Part shown: piece after piece, positions 1 to 8,970 of the stretch | Layout of the letters: each line of letters opens with the position of its first letter | How positions within the stretch are numbered: position 1 is the stretch's first letter | Assembly: GCA_047603125.1 (NCBI GenBank) | Contig: JBLKOU010000003.1 | Coordinates: 1-56,862, forward strand | DNA: 56,862 bases | Source of the DNA: Candidatus Woesearchaeota archaeon | GTDB lineage: Archaea > Nanobdellota > Nanobdellia > Woesearchaeales > DATGWN01 | Direction: 5' to 3' | Program-made: the position numbers and the translations under genes | The notes under the pieces: model-generated | Seen by the model: the letters and a program-made list of their open reading frames with translations, nothing else | Database searches by the model: none | Told to the model about the DNA's origin: nothing

Positions 1-45
1 TTTTAAAGAAAATTATATAAATAATTCTGTTCTCCCCCTATAGTA

Positions 46-1089
46 ATGGCAAAAGAAATACTTCCACACGAATATTTAAGACCATCACGGCCTATTAACT
101 GGAGAGATATGGAATTATACTCACCGATTGAAGTGCTAGGAGCCTTAAATCCCGAAATTGCAGGAGTTGCATATGCGAGAAAAGAGGGATTAATGGATAA
201 TGGGCTTCTCCCATATGTGGCAGCCTTTAGAGAACGACAAACTGAAGAGAAAGGACAGATTTTAGACTATATGCTTGGCAGATTCAAAATTGAATCCGAT
301 GAAAGACAAAGGGGTGTTATAGCAAAGACTGCTGAACGACTCGAGCAATTACGAAGCGAAGGTTTTGTCAAAGGAGTAGAAATTTCACAAGCAGGCCAAA
401 ATTATCGAAGTGATAGGTTTGCACAATCTACAGATTTTGCAAATATTCTACACGCACAAACACAACAAGCAACATCAGCAAATGATTTACAAGCAAGGAT
501 GGCTGAGGTTCAAGCTTCAGTCAATCTAGCAAGGCATCATTCCGATAACATGCTTGCTGCACGTAAACTTGAATATGAATTAGGAAGAGAAACCTGGGAA
601 AGGAGAAATGAATTGGAATTACGCTTATCTAAAAATAAATTAAAAGCAGTTGATCTTGAAGCACAAGCAAACCAACGAGCAGTTTTTTTTACTGAGACAA
701 TGCGCGCATTAACTGATACTACTAAGTCCAAAAATGAGCTGCAAGCGTCTCTTGCACAAGCCGACGCTCTGGTTCGAACTTCCGAATACGAATACTTGGC
801 AAAGTGTGAAGAAGCATTAAATTTGAGAAAAATAGAAAACAAAAGAATTAAATCTGCAAATATAATTGCGTATTTAGAGGCGAAAAAACAGATTATCCTC
901 GCTCAATATGATTTAGAGAGGACTGCACTGGTTCAGTCTGCGCTCCTAGGTGCAACAACCGTTGATGCAGCAAAAAAAATGATGCCTGAAGTGCTAAAGT
1001 ATCTCCATAAAACACAAAAATCTAAAGTAAGAATTAAACTTACATCAGAACATACTGGAGATATAGAGTTCGTAGTTAATGCAGAGTAA
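46..1089 (+). CDS. Hypothetical protein, largely alpha-helical/coiled-coil
   Basis: 347-aa ORF rich in A/E/K/L/Q/R. TATA-like TTATATAA about 25 bp upstream of the ATG. Confidence 0.7.
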   Translation: MAKEILPHEYLRPSRPINWRDMELYSPIEVLGALNPEIAGVAYARKEGLMDNGLLPYVAAFRERQTEEKGQILDYMLGRFKIESDERQRGVIAKTAERLEQLRSEGFVKGVEISQAGQNYRSDRFAQSTDFANILHAQTQQATSANDLQARMAEVQASVNLARHHSDNMLAARKLEYELGRETWERRNELELRLSKNKLKAVDLEAQANQRAVFFTETMRALTDTTKSKNELQASLAQADALVRTSEYEYLAKCEEALNLRKIENKRIKSANIIAYLEAKKQIILAQYDLERTALVQSALLGATTVDAAKKMMPEVLKYLHKTQKSKVRIKLTSEHTGDIEFVVNAE

Positions 1090-1146
1090 CTTCCACATTT
1101 GAATAAAAATCGTTTCAAAAAAAGTCATAAAAATAAATTTAATTTC

Positions 1147-1650
1147 TCAAACTCTCTCTAAAATAAAATCTGCTCGGTCTTTTGGGGCTAATCTTGGTAC
1201 TGAAATTGGTTTGTATCCACAACTCTGATACGCATCACGGATTGCGTCATGCAGACCGCCTGTGTCTTCAGTAAAACCAACCGGTGGTTCAAACAAAAAG
1301 ACACGATGATATCTCCCAGATAATGGGTTTTCTTGGAGTTCTGGAATTATTTGCTCACCAGATCTTGCCAGATAAGCCAAACCATCAGGTAAGCCACCTA
1401 CTTGAAAAGAAAAATCCAAACTTGATGGAATATGTTTCTCCCAGTCTAATTGAGTCTGCGCCACAAGACGTTGAAATCCATATTGATCATTCTCAGGTAA
1501 ACGAGGTTTTTTTCCGTTTGCTTGCCCATTAAGCACAAAAGGAGCAACTTCTGACATTGTAAAATAACCCACTTCTCTAAATTTTTCAAGAACGCCAGTT
1601 TTTCCAACACCTTTCGCCCCCGTTAACACAATTTTTTGAACCATTTTCAT
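1147..1650 (-). CDS. AAA_28 / NadR-like P-loop NTPase
   Basis: N-terminal IVLTGAKGVGKT Walker A, plus GLPDGLAY and YHRVFLFEP motifs typical of AAA_28. Confidence 0.7.
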   Translation of the reverse strand: MKMVQKIVLTGAKGVGKTGVLEKFREVGYFTMSEVAPFVLNGQANGKKPRLPENDQYGFQRLVAQTQLDWEKHIPSSLDFSFQVGGLPDGLAYLARSGEQIIPELQENPLSGRYHRVFLFEPPVGFTEDTGGLHDAIRDAYQSCGYKPISVPRLAPKDRADFILERV

Positions 1651-1725
1651 TTACAAAACCTGTTCGAGTATTTATAGTTATATGTTTTTGAATAGATTGT
1701 TTGGGAGAGTGAGATATTTTGAGCT

Positions 1726-2511
1726 TTATTTTTTATAAATTCCTTCAAGACCCTTATTTCTATGTGAAATTAAGTCCTTTAATAGTCCAAAAGGTTGCAT
1801 TGTCAAAGTAGAGCAATAAATATCGGAATCCGAAACTGTTAAGTTAAGTACCATATCCGCAATTTCTTTAGTTTGAAGACCCCTTTCGCACAATTTTGTA
1901 AAGGTTTGAAGTTCATTAGGTAAAGTCCCCGGAGTAGTTAAAAAACTCGTATCAGTCATTCCAATATTAAGATTAATAATTTTTATGTTGTAAGGAATTA
2001 CTTCTTGTTTGACACCCTCTAAAAAAATTCTTGTCGCTTCTTTTGAAGCAGCATAAAATGAAGTAAATGGATTGGAATCTTTAGAAGGCGCAGAATCAAT
2101 ATAAAGTACAACGCCCGATTGTTGAGACTTCATAACTGGAATTGTTTGCTTAACGACATTCATAGCTCCAAAAGTGTTAACCCTAAACATCTCTTCTACT
2201 TTGCTTAAACAAGCATTGTGAGCGAGCGAATAGTATCCTATTCCAGCATTTATTACACAAACATCTATTCCTCCTTGTTTTTCTTTTTGCCTTTCAACTA
2301 TACTACTAACTTTTTCATAATCATTAACATGGGAGTGGTCGACTAAGAGATAACCCATTTCTAATTCCCTGGAAAAGTCTTTTCTTAAACTATTCACCGA
2401 CTTTTCTCTTGAAGAAAAAGTTGAAACATAATTACCTCTGCTCAAAGCCTCATCAACAATGGCACGACCAATGCCTCTCGTTCCACCACTGACAAGAAAT
2501 CTTTTTTTCAT
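1726..2511 (-). CDS. Short-chain dehydrogenase/reductase (SDR)
   Basis: SGGTRGIG Rossmann motif, INAG, and YAASK (YxxxK) catalytic motif. ATG at 2511 directly follows the radical SAM stop. Confidence 0.9.
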   Translation of the reverse strand: MKKRFLVSGGTRGIGRAIVDEALSRGNYVSTFSSREKSVNSLRKDFSRELEMGYLLVDHSHVNDYEKVSSIVERQKEKQGGIDVCVINAGIGYYSLAHNACLSKVEEMFRVNTFGAMNVVKQTIPVMKSQQSGVVLYIDSAPSKDSNPFTSFYAASKEATRIFLEGVKQEVIPYNIKIINLNIGMTDTSFLTTPGTLPNELQTFTKLCERGLQTKEIADMVLNLTVSDSDIYCSTLTMQPFGLLKDLISHRNKGLEGIYKK

Positions 2512-2512
2512 T

Positions 2513-3478
2513 TTAGGCCACATAATGTTTATTTCCAGTTACTACTTTTGGCAACTGCGTAATGGGCTTTGCATACTTGTCGATTACATCCCATCCTTTA
2601 TGCAAAAGTTCAGGTGAACCCACAGAACCGTCAATATAAAACCTATTTCCTCCTTGCAAGCTTTTTGGAGCAAATATCGGTAATGATGTTTGTTTATCTG
2701 CAAACCAATTCTCATTCTGTTGAACGGTATCTTTACTCATTGACTTTCGAAACATTTGTGCACTATCATTATCTCCATAAATGAAAATAGGCAAGTCCGC
2801 AAAAACTATCTGTTTGGGATAAAGTTGTTTCGTTTCATTTGCAGTATCACGCAAGTTTTTCCAAGAAGTATACAAGGTTTCTGCCCGATGATTAACTAAA
2901 GGCATAAGCATTATTCTATCTAAATTCGGAAATTTTTCAATCAAATTGGGATCAACAGTTTCTTTTCTTCCTATAGCACTACTTATTGCATGAACATATT
3001 CTGGTTGAAGATTTATTGGAAAACCTTGATTATTTCCTGCATCATGATGAACATCGTATGAAAGACCTACAGAGAGTATACCCTCTTTAACAAAATCTTG
3101 TAAACCATGTATTAATGGAAAGCTTCCGTTCGTCTGTATATGTGCTTTTTGTATATCTGGACGATTCTCTAAAATTCTAGCGATTTGTTCTTGACTCGTA
3201 TAATTTGCAGGTTCTCCTAAACCTATAAAAAAAGTCGGTGTATTTTCTGGCAGATGAGAAATTAATAAGTCAGCTAAATTCTCAGGTGCACTTCTCCTAT
3301 CCTTATGCAAACGCTCACTAACAATACATGCAGGGCAGTGGTAATTACACCCTGGCGCTATTTCTACTGACGAAAATGAATCTATTTGGGATTGAAATTC
3401 TACTCCTTTGTACATTACTTCCCCCGATGGATTCCGTTTAAGTATAGGAAACATTTCCGTTCCCGTTACAAACGACAT
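2513..3478 (-). CDS. Radical SAM protein of unknown function
   Basis: GCNYHCPAC (CxxxCxxC), GLGEP, IQTNGS and LSYD motifs. Confidence 0.8.
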   Translation of the reverse strand: MSFVTGTEMFPILKRNPSGEVMYKGVEFQSQIDSFSSVEIAPGCNYHCPACIVSERLHKDRRSAPENLADLLISHLPENTPTFFIGLGEPANYTSQEQIARILENRPDIQKAHIQTNGSFPLIHGLQDFVKEGILSVGLSYDVHHDAGNNQGFPINLQPEYVHAISSAIGRKETVDPNLIEKFPNLDRIMLMPLVNHRAETLYTSWKNLRDTANETKQLYPKQIVFADLPIFIYGDNDSAQMFRKSMSKDTVQQNENWFADKQTSLPIFAPKSLQGGNRFYIDGSVGSPELLHKGWDVIDKYAKPITQLPKVVTGNKHYVA

Positions 3479-3596
3479 GTTCTTTACCTCCGTAAATTTC
3501 GTAGTAAGGGGAAGTCAATATTCAAATATAATTTAGATTCTCAAAAATCTTATATTTTTACAAAACATTTATAAAGTTTATAAATACTCAACCATC

Positions 3597-4481
3597 ATGG
3601 CCTACTTAGACCAAAAAGACAAAATTATACTCGAACACCTTTTTCAAAACGCAACCTTAAGTACAAAAGAACTAGCCAAATACGCCAAAATCACACAACC
3701 TGCTACATTTATGCGTCTTAAAAGACTCGAAAAAGAACAATTCATTGAGCGCTATGACGCAATTATTAATGAAAACAGTCTCAATGTAATAAAAAAAGGA
3801 TACCTCTGCACCTTGACAAATGAACGGATAAAAAATAGACCTGAGTGCATCTCACTCATACACAATATTGGCATATATACACACCACATCGTGTGTTGGT
3901 TTAAAAATAAAAAACAACAAGAGGAGTTTGAATTACTTTTACCAAAAAACAGATATGAATACCAAGTCAAACACACACATATTCAAACCCCACTCTTATT
4001 TGATATTCAATTAAAAAAACAACGAATACAACCTAAAGTCAAACCATTTTCTTTTGATCAACATGACTGTCAACTCTTAAAAGCACTCTGTCAAGGCGGA
4101 GCAAGAAAAACCTTAAGAGAACTCCAAGTTCAAACCAATCTCCCGCTCACAACTTTACAATTTAGAAAAAAACGACTCATACAAAATGGATATATTACCT
4201 ACTTTGTTGCACAACCTGGAATGGGTGCATTGCACCTCAAAGTTCATTATTTTATAATTGACACAAAAGCCACAAAAAAACCACAAGCAAAAAAAATGGT
4301 TTTTTATGAAAAGACAACTTCGGGTTATCTAATTTGTTTTCTCTCCCAAGACTCAGATGATTATTTTTCTACATTACGTGAACTCTATACACAATACCAA
4401 AACGATTGGACTACACACATCCTTTTAACAAATGATGGTTATTCTCATCTGAATAGATATCCCTTTGAGTTTTTGTTGTGA
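3597..4481 (+). CDS. Tandem Lrp/AsnC-type wHTH transcriptional regulator
   Basis: Two repeats of a DxxDxxIL...HTH...RLKRL / RKKRL AsnC-like module. Divergent from the radical SAM gene. Confidence 0.75.
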   Translation: MAYLDQKDKIILEHLFQNATLSTKELAKYAKITQPATFMRLKRLEKEQFIERYDAIINENSLNVIKKGYLCTLTNERIKNRPECISLIHNIGIYTHHIVCWFKNKKQQEEFELLLPKNRYEYQVKHTHIQTPLLFDIQLKKQRIQPKVKPFSFDQHDCQLLKALCQGGARKTLRELQVQTNLPLTTLQFRKKRLIQNGYITYFVAQPGMGALHLKVHYFIIDTKATKKPQAKKMVFYEKTTSGYLICFLSQDSDDYFSTLRELYTQYQNDWTTHILLTNDGYSHLNRYPFEFLL

Positions 4482-4515
4482 GAAGAAAGTTACTGCGCAT
4501 ACTCAACAATTAAGC

Positions 4516-4564
4516 AGTCTTCTAAAAAGACTAAAAAACCACAAAATAGTCTTCTGAAAAGACT
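4516..4564. promoter_or_regulatory. Pair of palindromic operator-like sites AGTCT-N7-AGACT upstream of the ATPase gene
   Basis: AGTCTTCTAAAAAGACT (4516-4532) and AGTCTTCTGAAAAGACT (4548-4564), 32 bp apart, just before the TATA-like TTTAAAT. Confidence 0.5.
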
Positions 4565-4597
4565 AAATATTTAAATGAGTACCTGCACCCGTAACTA

Positions 4598-5842
4598 ATG
4601 AAAGAAATATTCAAACAACTAATATCTGATTTTCATGAAAAAGGTATTCCTGAAGTATTACTGAGAAAAGTGCAACTACCTTTACATTCAAAAAAAATTG
4701 TCTCAGTTATAGGCCCACGAAGATCCGGTAAAACCTCTTTGTTTTTTCAAACAATGACGCAAATAAAGGATATAACCGATATATTATATTTGAACTTTGA
4801 AAACGAATCATTTACAATAAATAAAAATGATTTTCAAAAACTTGTTGACGCTTATTTTGAATTATATCCCCATAAAAAAACGTTTTATCTTTTCTTGGAT
4901 GAAATTCAAGAAATAGAGGGTTGGGAAAAATTTGTAAGAAGAATATATGACACAGTTACACAGAACATTTTCATAACGGGTTCTTCCTCTAAACTGCTTT
5001 CAAAAGAAATTGCGACTTCATTGCGAGGAAGATCTATTACATATGAATTATATCCACTCTCATTTGAAGAATTTACTGCCTTTCAAAACATTACTCCATC
5101 CTTACATTCAACAAGAGGGAGAGCTTTATTAAAGAATTCTTTTGAAAAGTTCATGGAAATAGGGGGGTTTCCTGAGCTATTACTAAACAAACCGGAATTT
5201 AGAAAAAAAACTATTCAGGATTATATGCACGTAATGCTTTTAAAAGATGTTATTGAAAGACACGATATTCGGAATTCTCATGCAGTAAGAGCTTTTTTTG
5301 ATAAATGTATTTGGCAATTTGCAAGAGAATATTCTGTAAATAAATTTTATAATGAACTTAAATCATTAGGGGTTAAAATTTCTAAAGAAACACTATATGA
5401 TTACATTGCCTATTTTGAAGAAGCATATATAGTACTCCCACTATATAATGCAGGTTATTCTTCAGAAGTTCATAAATTGTATCTTGTTGATCATTCATTT
5501 TCAACATTTAGTTTAAAGAAAACATCCGAAGATAAAGGTTTCTTATTAGAAAACATTGTTTTTGTTGAATTAAAAAGAAAAGAATGCGATTTGTTTTATG
5601 ATAAACGTAATTGTGAATGTGATTTCATTATTAGAGATGGAAATAAAGTGACCGGCACTATTCAAGTTTGCTACACTTTAGACGAAACTAATAAGAAAAG
5701 AGAGATAAATGGACTGCTTGAAGCGTGTAAAACATATAAACTGAAAAAAGGATTATTATTAACATTCGAACAAGAAGAAGAGTTTGTACAAGATGGAGTG
5801 ACAATAATTGTTAAGCCCGTGTGGAAATGGTTGCTTGAATAA
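4598..5842 (+). CDS. AAA_14 + DUF4143 ATP-binding protein
   Basis: GPRRSGKT Walker A, LFLDEIQ Walker B, ITGSSS, GGFPE, LENIVF, ECDF and IQVC motifs. Confidence 0.9.
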   Translation: MKEIFKQLISDFHEKGIPEVLLRKVQLPLHSKKIVSVIGPRRSGKTSLFFQTMTQIKDITDILYLNFENESFTINKNDFQKLVDAYFELYPHKKTFYLFLDEIQEIEGWEKFVRRIYDTVTQNIFITGSSSKLLSKEIATSLRGRSITYELYPLSFEEFTAFQNITPSLHSTRGRALLKNSFEKFMEIGGFPELLLNKPEFRKKTIQDYMHVMLLKDVIERHDIRNSHAVRAFFDKCIWQFAREYSVNKFYNELKSLGVKISKETLYDYIAYFEEAYIVLPLYNAGYSSEVHKLYLVDHSFSTFSLKKTSEDKGFLLENIVFVELKRKECDLFYDKRNCECDFIIRDGNKVTGTIQVCYTLDETNKKREINGLLEACKTYKLKKGLLLTFEQEEEFVQDGVTIIVKPVWKWLLE

Positions 5843-6397
5843 TTACTCAACATACCCATTCTCTTTTAAGAAAGCTAACACTTGTTCAAAAGCGGATTGT
5901 AATGGAGGAAATTCTTGAAAATATTTTTCTTTTTTACTGCGCAAAAATGATTCAGACCAGCCTTTCCAATCATCTTTATAATCCATTTCATGAATCATCG
6001 GATCTAATGCATCAATAGCTTTTGCAAAGCGTGCCTCGGCAGTTTTTTGAGATTCAAACTCATCGAATAAGTTGACAAATTTATTATTTAAAGATATTGG
6101 TAAAAACTGCGACAAATGGTTTTTTGCATCTTGCTCACTTTTCTCTTTTCCAAATGTCCCAAAATCTGGATGCAAAGGATAATCTCCCGATTCAATCTCA
6201 ATAACATCATGGTACATTAACAATTCATACACTTTTAATCGATCTAAACCTAAATCATAATGAGAAAGAAAATAATCTGCTAATAACAAACAACTCCAAG
6301 TATGCTCTGCCGGGCTTTCTTTACGCGTATCAACAGAATTTAATCGTTGTACGCGTTTTAGCTGATTTATTGTTCGAAACTTTTGAATGTCGCTCAT
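5843..6397 (-). CDS. HD-domain hydrolase (HDDC2/YfbR-like 5'-deoxynucleotidase family)
   Basis: LKRVQR, ESPAEHTW, YHDVIE and EARFAKAIDALD motifs. Confidence 0.85.
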   Translation of the reverse strand: MSDIQKFRTINQLKRVQRLNSVDTRKESPAEHTWSCLLLADYFLSHYDLGLDRLKVYELLMYHDVIEIESGDYPLHPDFGTFGKEKSEQDAKNHLSQFLPISLNNKFVNLFDEFESQKTAEARFAKAIDALDPMIHEMDYKDDWKGWSESFLRSKKEKYFQEFPPLQSAFEQVLAFLKENGYVE

Positions 6398-6443
6398 AAA
6401 CTTAGAAGAACACTCCCCTTTAATAAAAATTGTGCATATTAAG

Positions 6444-6626
6444 TTTTAGACAGAAGCAAATTATGTGAAAATCCGTGTGTTTTTCACATTTAGTACCAAA
6501 AGGCGAATTCTCATTATAATGCGGCGATCTTCGAACAGTGGTTCATCTTGCGAATTTCTCCGGCGCGCAACTCCTCGAAATTCTGATTTTGCGCCAAGGC
6601 ATTATAATTTTTTATTGTCGCTAACT
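6444..6626 (+). repeat. Structured intergenic element, subfamily B, copy 1 (core 6513-6608)
   Basis: Near-identical to 55273-55499. ATTATAATGC/GCATTATAAT stem, GGCG/CGCC helix, AAG bulge, GAAC/GTTC and GAATTTC/GAAATTC hairpins. Confidence 0.85.
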
Positions 6627-6628
6627 TA

Positions 6629-7162
6629 TTAAGATGTAATCAACGCTTTTAATTTTTGGAGCGCTAATGCACGATGACTTATTTGTGACTTTTCTTTACG
6701 ACTCAACTCAGCAAATGTTTTTTCAAAACCATCAGGCAAAAATATTGAATCAAAGCCAAAAGCTTGACTCCCTCTGGGTGGAACAATAGTCCCTGAAACC
6801 TCTGCACGAAGTATATGCGTCGTTTCTCCATCAAAATAGCCTATGTGACAAACGGCTTTTGCACGATGATCGGAATAGCGAGTAACAATTTTGGAAATTT
6901 GCTGACAAGAAAGGCTTTGTAAAAACCATTTAACTAAAGGACCGGGAAACCCATTCAAACAAGAAATCTCCAAACTCACATCCTCGCAAAAAAAAGGTTC
7001 AGATAATTGTCCTTGAGCTACGAAAAGCTTTTGCTCGATTATTTTTTGTGCATCGAGCTCTTGAATTTCTGGAAGATCAATCTTTTTTTGCTCAACATTC
7101 ACAAAAATTTCTTTGACCTCAAGAAACTTTTTTTGGTTGCCGGTTAGAAAATACAGCGTCAT
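6629..7162 (-). CDS. rdgB: Non-canonical purine NTP pyrophosphatase (Ham1/RdgB/ITPase)
   Basis: TGNQKKF, LPEIQ, EDVSL, GFPGP, FGFDSIF and SHR motifs. Confidence 0.92.
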   Translation of the reverse strand: MTLYFLTGNQKKFLEVKEIFVNVEQKKIDLPEIQELDAQKIIEQKLFVAQGQLSEPFFCEDVSLEISCLNGFPGPLVKWFLQSLSCQQISKIVTRYSDHRAKAVCHIGYFDGETTHILRAEVSGTIVPPRGSQAFGFDSIFLPDGFEKTFAELSRKEKSQISHRALALQKLKALITS

Positions 7163-7611
7163 TTTTTTATAATCTTATCCAACTCTTGTGCGAACTCATC
7201 AATATCAGAAAATTCCCTATACACTGAGGCAAAGCGAATAAACGCAACCTTATCTAATTTGCGCAATTGTCGCATAACCATATTACCAATTTTTTTTGAT
7301 GGAATTTCTACAGAATCCATATTACGCAGCTTTGCTTCTACTTCATCTACAATTGCAACCATTTGATCATAAGAAATTGGGCGTTTATGGCAGGAAACTT
7401 GAATACCCTTGAGAACATTCTGTCTATCAAAAGAAACACGCTTACCATCTTTTTTAATAACAATGAGTTCTACTTCTTCCACACGCTCGTATGTTGTAAA
7501 GCGCTTCCCACATTTTAAGCATTCCCTACGACGACGCGTTGCAGTCTCATCGGGTGTTTCACGCTTATCAGTAACTTTATGCTCGTTTGAACCACAATAG
7601 GGGCATTTCAT
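7159..7611 (-). CDS. nrdR: Transcriptional repressor NrdR
   Basis: MKCPYC...RRRRECLKCGKRFTTYE zinc ribbon, ATP cone, and LDKVAFIRFASVYREF. Confidence 0.95.
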   Translation of the reverse strand: MKCPYCGSNEHKVTDKRETPDETATRRRRECLKCGKRFTTYERVEEVELIVIKKDGKRVSFDRQNVLKGIQVSCHKRPISYDQMVAIVDEVEAKLRNMDSVEIPSKKIGNMVMRQLRKLDKVAFIRFASVYREFSDIDEFAQELDKIIKK

Positions 7612-7772
7612 TCGTATTTTCCTTTGACCTTAAATTCTGGTGAGTTTAAGACACGTGTGTAATCCTGATAAAAGAGTTTTTTTTGGAATTGGCGAATATA
7701 TGCACGGTACAAAAGAATCCGAGCTATGAAAAATCCTACAAACATCCATAAAATAATTGTTGTCGCCTCCAT
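7608..7772 (-). CDS. Small membrane-anchored protein (54 aa, below the ORF-track cutoff)
   Basis: Read by hand: MEATTIILWMFVGFFIARILLYRAYIRQFQKKLFYQDYTRVLNSPEFKVKGKYE. Its stop overlaps the nrdR start (ATGA), and a TATA-like box lies upstream. Confidence 0.7.
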   Translation of the reverse strand: MEATTIILWMFVGFFIARILLYRAYIRQFQKKLFYQDYTRVLNSPEFKVKGKYE

Positions 7773-7881
7773 GTATATACTGATAATTGGGTCGTTTAAA
7801 AACTTTTTGAAGGTTTTAGAATGCCCAGAAAGTAAAAATAAGACCCTTTACACTAGGTTCCTAGCAGTCTTGGACAGAAAT

Positions 7882-8000
7882 GGCTTCATCCGAAAATTAT
7901 TTTTCAAAAAGAGCACGCAGATTTTGCTCAAGAGTCCCACTTTGAGAATCGTGCGAAAATTTGGCTGCAAGGTGCTCTTTCTCTTTTTTTGGATGAAGCC
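7882..8000 (+). repeat. Structured intergenic element, subfamily A, copy 1 (shortest)
   Basis: Outer IR GGCTTCATCC/GGATGAAGCC, stem AAAGAGCAC/GTGCTCTTT, GCAG/CTGC helix with AAG bulge, CTCAA/TTGAG hairpin. Confidence 0.85.
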
Positions 8001-8045
8001 CTGAGAAGCAGAATATTTATAAATCAAACAGATTTGCTTGCTTTT

Positions 8046-8237
8046 ATGGGAAGAATCCGAACAAAATTAGTAAAACGTTTAACAAATGACGTATTCAAAA
8101 ACATTGAACTGACTGATGATTTTGCAAAGAATAAGCAACTCATGGGTAAGCATGTCAAAACAGAATCAAAGAAAATGCGAAATGTCTTAGCAGGATATGG
8201 CGTTCAATTAGCAAAATTAAAAGCAAGACAACCATAA
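8046..8237 (+). CDS. rps17e: 30S ribosomal protein S17e
   Basis: MGRIRTKLVKR...TDDFAKNK...SKKMRNVLAGY. TATA box near 8016 fits a leaderless start at 8046. Confidence 0.93.
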   Translation: MGRIRTKLVKRLTNDVFKNIELTDDFAKNKQLMGKHVKTESKKMRNVLAGYGVQLAKLKARQP

Positions 8238-8254
8238 CTTCTTATCGCTTTTTT

Positions 8255-8328
8255 GACCCTGTAACATAGCCTGGATAGTGTGCATGGTTGCGGACCTTGT
8301 GGCCCGGGTTCGAATCCCGGCAGGGTCA
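8255..8328 (+). tRNA. tRNA-Arg(GCG)
   Basis: Acceptor GACCCTG/CAGGGTC, anticodon loop TT-GCG-GA, T arm CCGGG-TTCGAAT-CCCGG. CCA not encoded. Confidence 0.93.
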
Positions 8329-8332
8329 TTTT

Positions 8333-8743
8333 TTACGTAAAAATGAGAGTGCTCAAGTATAAACCGAGCAGAATAGAACAGAAAAGAACACCGCAACTAA
8401 TAAGATTGAGTTTTTGAGATTCTTTTGCGACTCTTGTTTTATAGATTGATTTTGTCAGTAAAACTAAACCAATAAACCAAACAATAATATTTATTACCGG
8501 GATAATACTTGTTACAAGAGAAAAAAGGTTTGCATGCAAAGACATTTTTGCAAGCGGAATTTTTGTAAATTTCTCAAAATAATCATGATGTTTGAGTATA
8601 GCAATGTAACTTAGTGCCGCTAAACCAATGATTAACACAGTAATAGAGAACCCTTCCCAACCAAACTGAGCTGTTGCATATAGTATAGAAATAACTGCCG
8701 CTGCAAGAATAAACCAGCGCTCATAGGTTGTTTTTTGAATCAT
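8333..8743 (-). CDS. Hypothetical membrane protein (about 4 TM helices)
   Basis: Hydrophobic segments. Start moved to MIQK (8743). Confidence 0.65.
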   Translation of the reverse strand: MIQKTTYERWFILAAAVISILYATAQFGWEGFSITVLIIGLAALSYIAILKHHDYFEKFTKIPLAKMSLHANLFSLVTSIIPVINIIVWFIGLVLLTKSIYKTRVAKESQKLNLISCGVLFCSILLGLYLSTLIFT

Positions 8744-8842
8744 AAGGGTATTTATATAGTGTAGTCTTAAAAACATATCGTTTTTTTTTACAAATCTGAA
8801 ACCAAACATTTATAAAACAACTGAGAGCCCTTCTACTTATTT

Positions 8843-8916
8843 GGCCCCATAGCATAGGCTGGATAGTGTACCGGGCTTCGGACCCGGTGACCTGGGTTCG
8901 AATCCCAGTGGGGTCA
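8843..8916 (+). tRNA. tRNA-Arg(TCG)
   Basis: Acceptor GGCCCCA/TGGGGTC, anticodon stem CCGGG/CCCGG with loop CT-TCG-GA, T arm CTGGG-TTCGAAT-CCCAG. Confidence 0.95.
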
Positions 8917-8970
8917 TTTCTTAACGCACAAACCAATTACTCTTTTAAATGGGTGCACGCTTACAGGTGT

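Noticed and set aside
6513-6608. Hammerhead ribozyme (CTGAT and GAA motifs at a three-way junction)
   Set aside because: The required CUGAnGA core is absent (copies read CTGATTT, CTGATTC, CTGATCT, CTGACTT, CTGACAT) and the motif order does not fit.
6444-6626. Integron attC sites
   Set aside because: No RYYYAAC...GTTRRRY boxes in the right order, no cassette array and no integrase. The elements flank core genes.
7726-8004. Apparent paralogous ORFs containing KKSTQIxLKSPTLRIV (also 29464-29652; 48999-49268 in another frame)
   Set aside because: These are translations of the non-coding repeat. Frames and lengths differ between copies.
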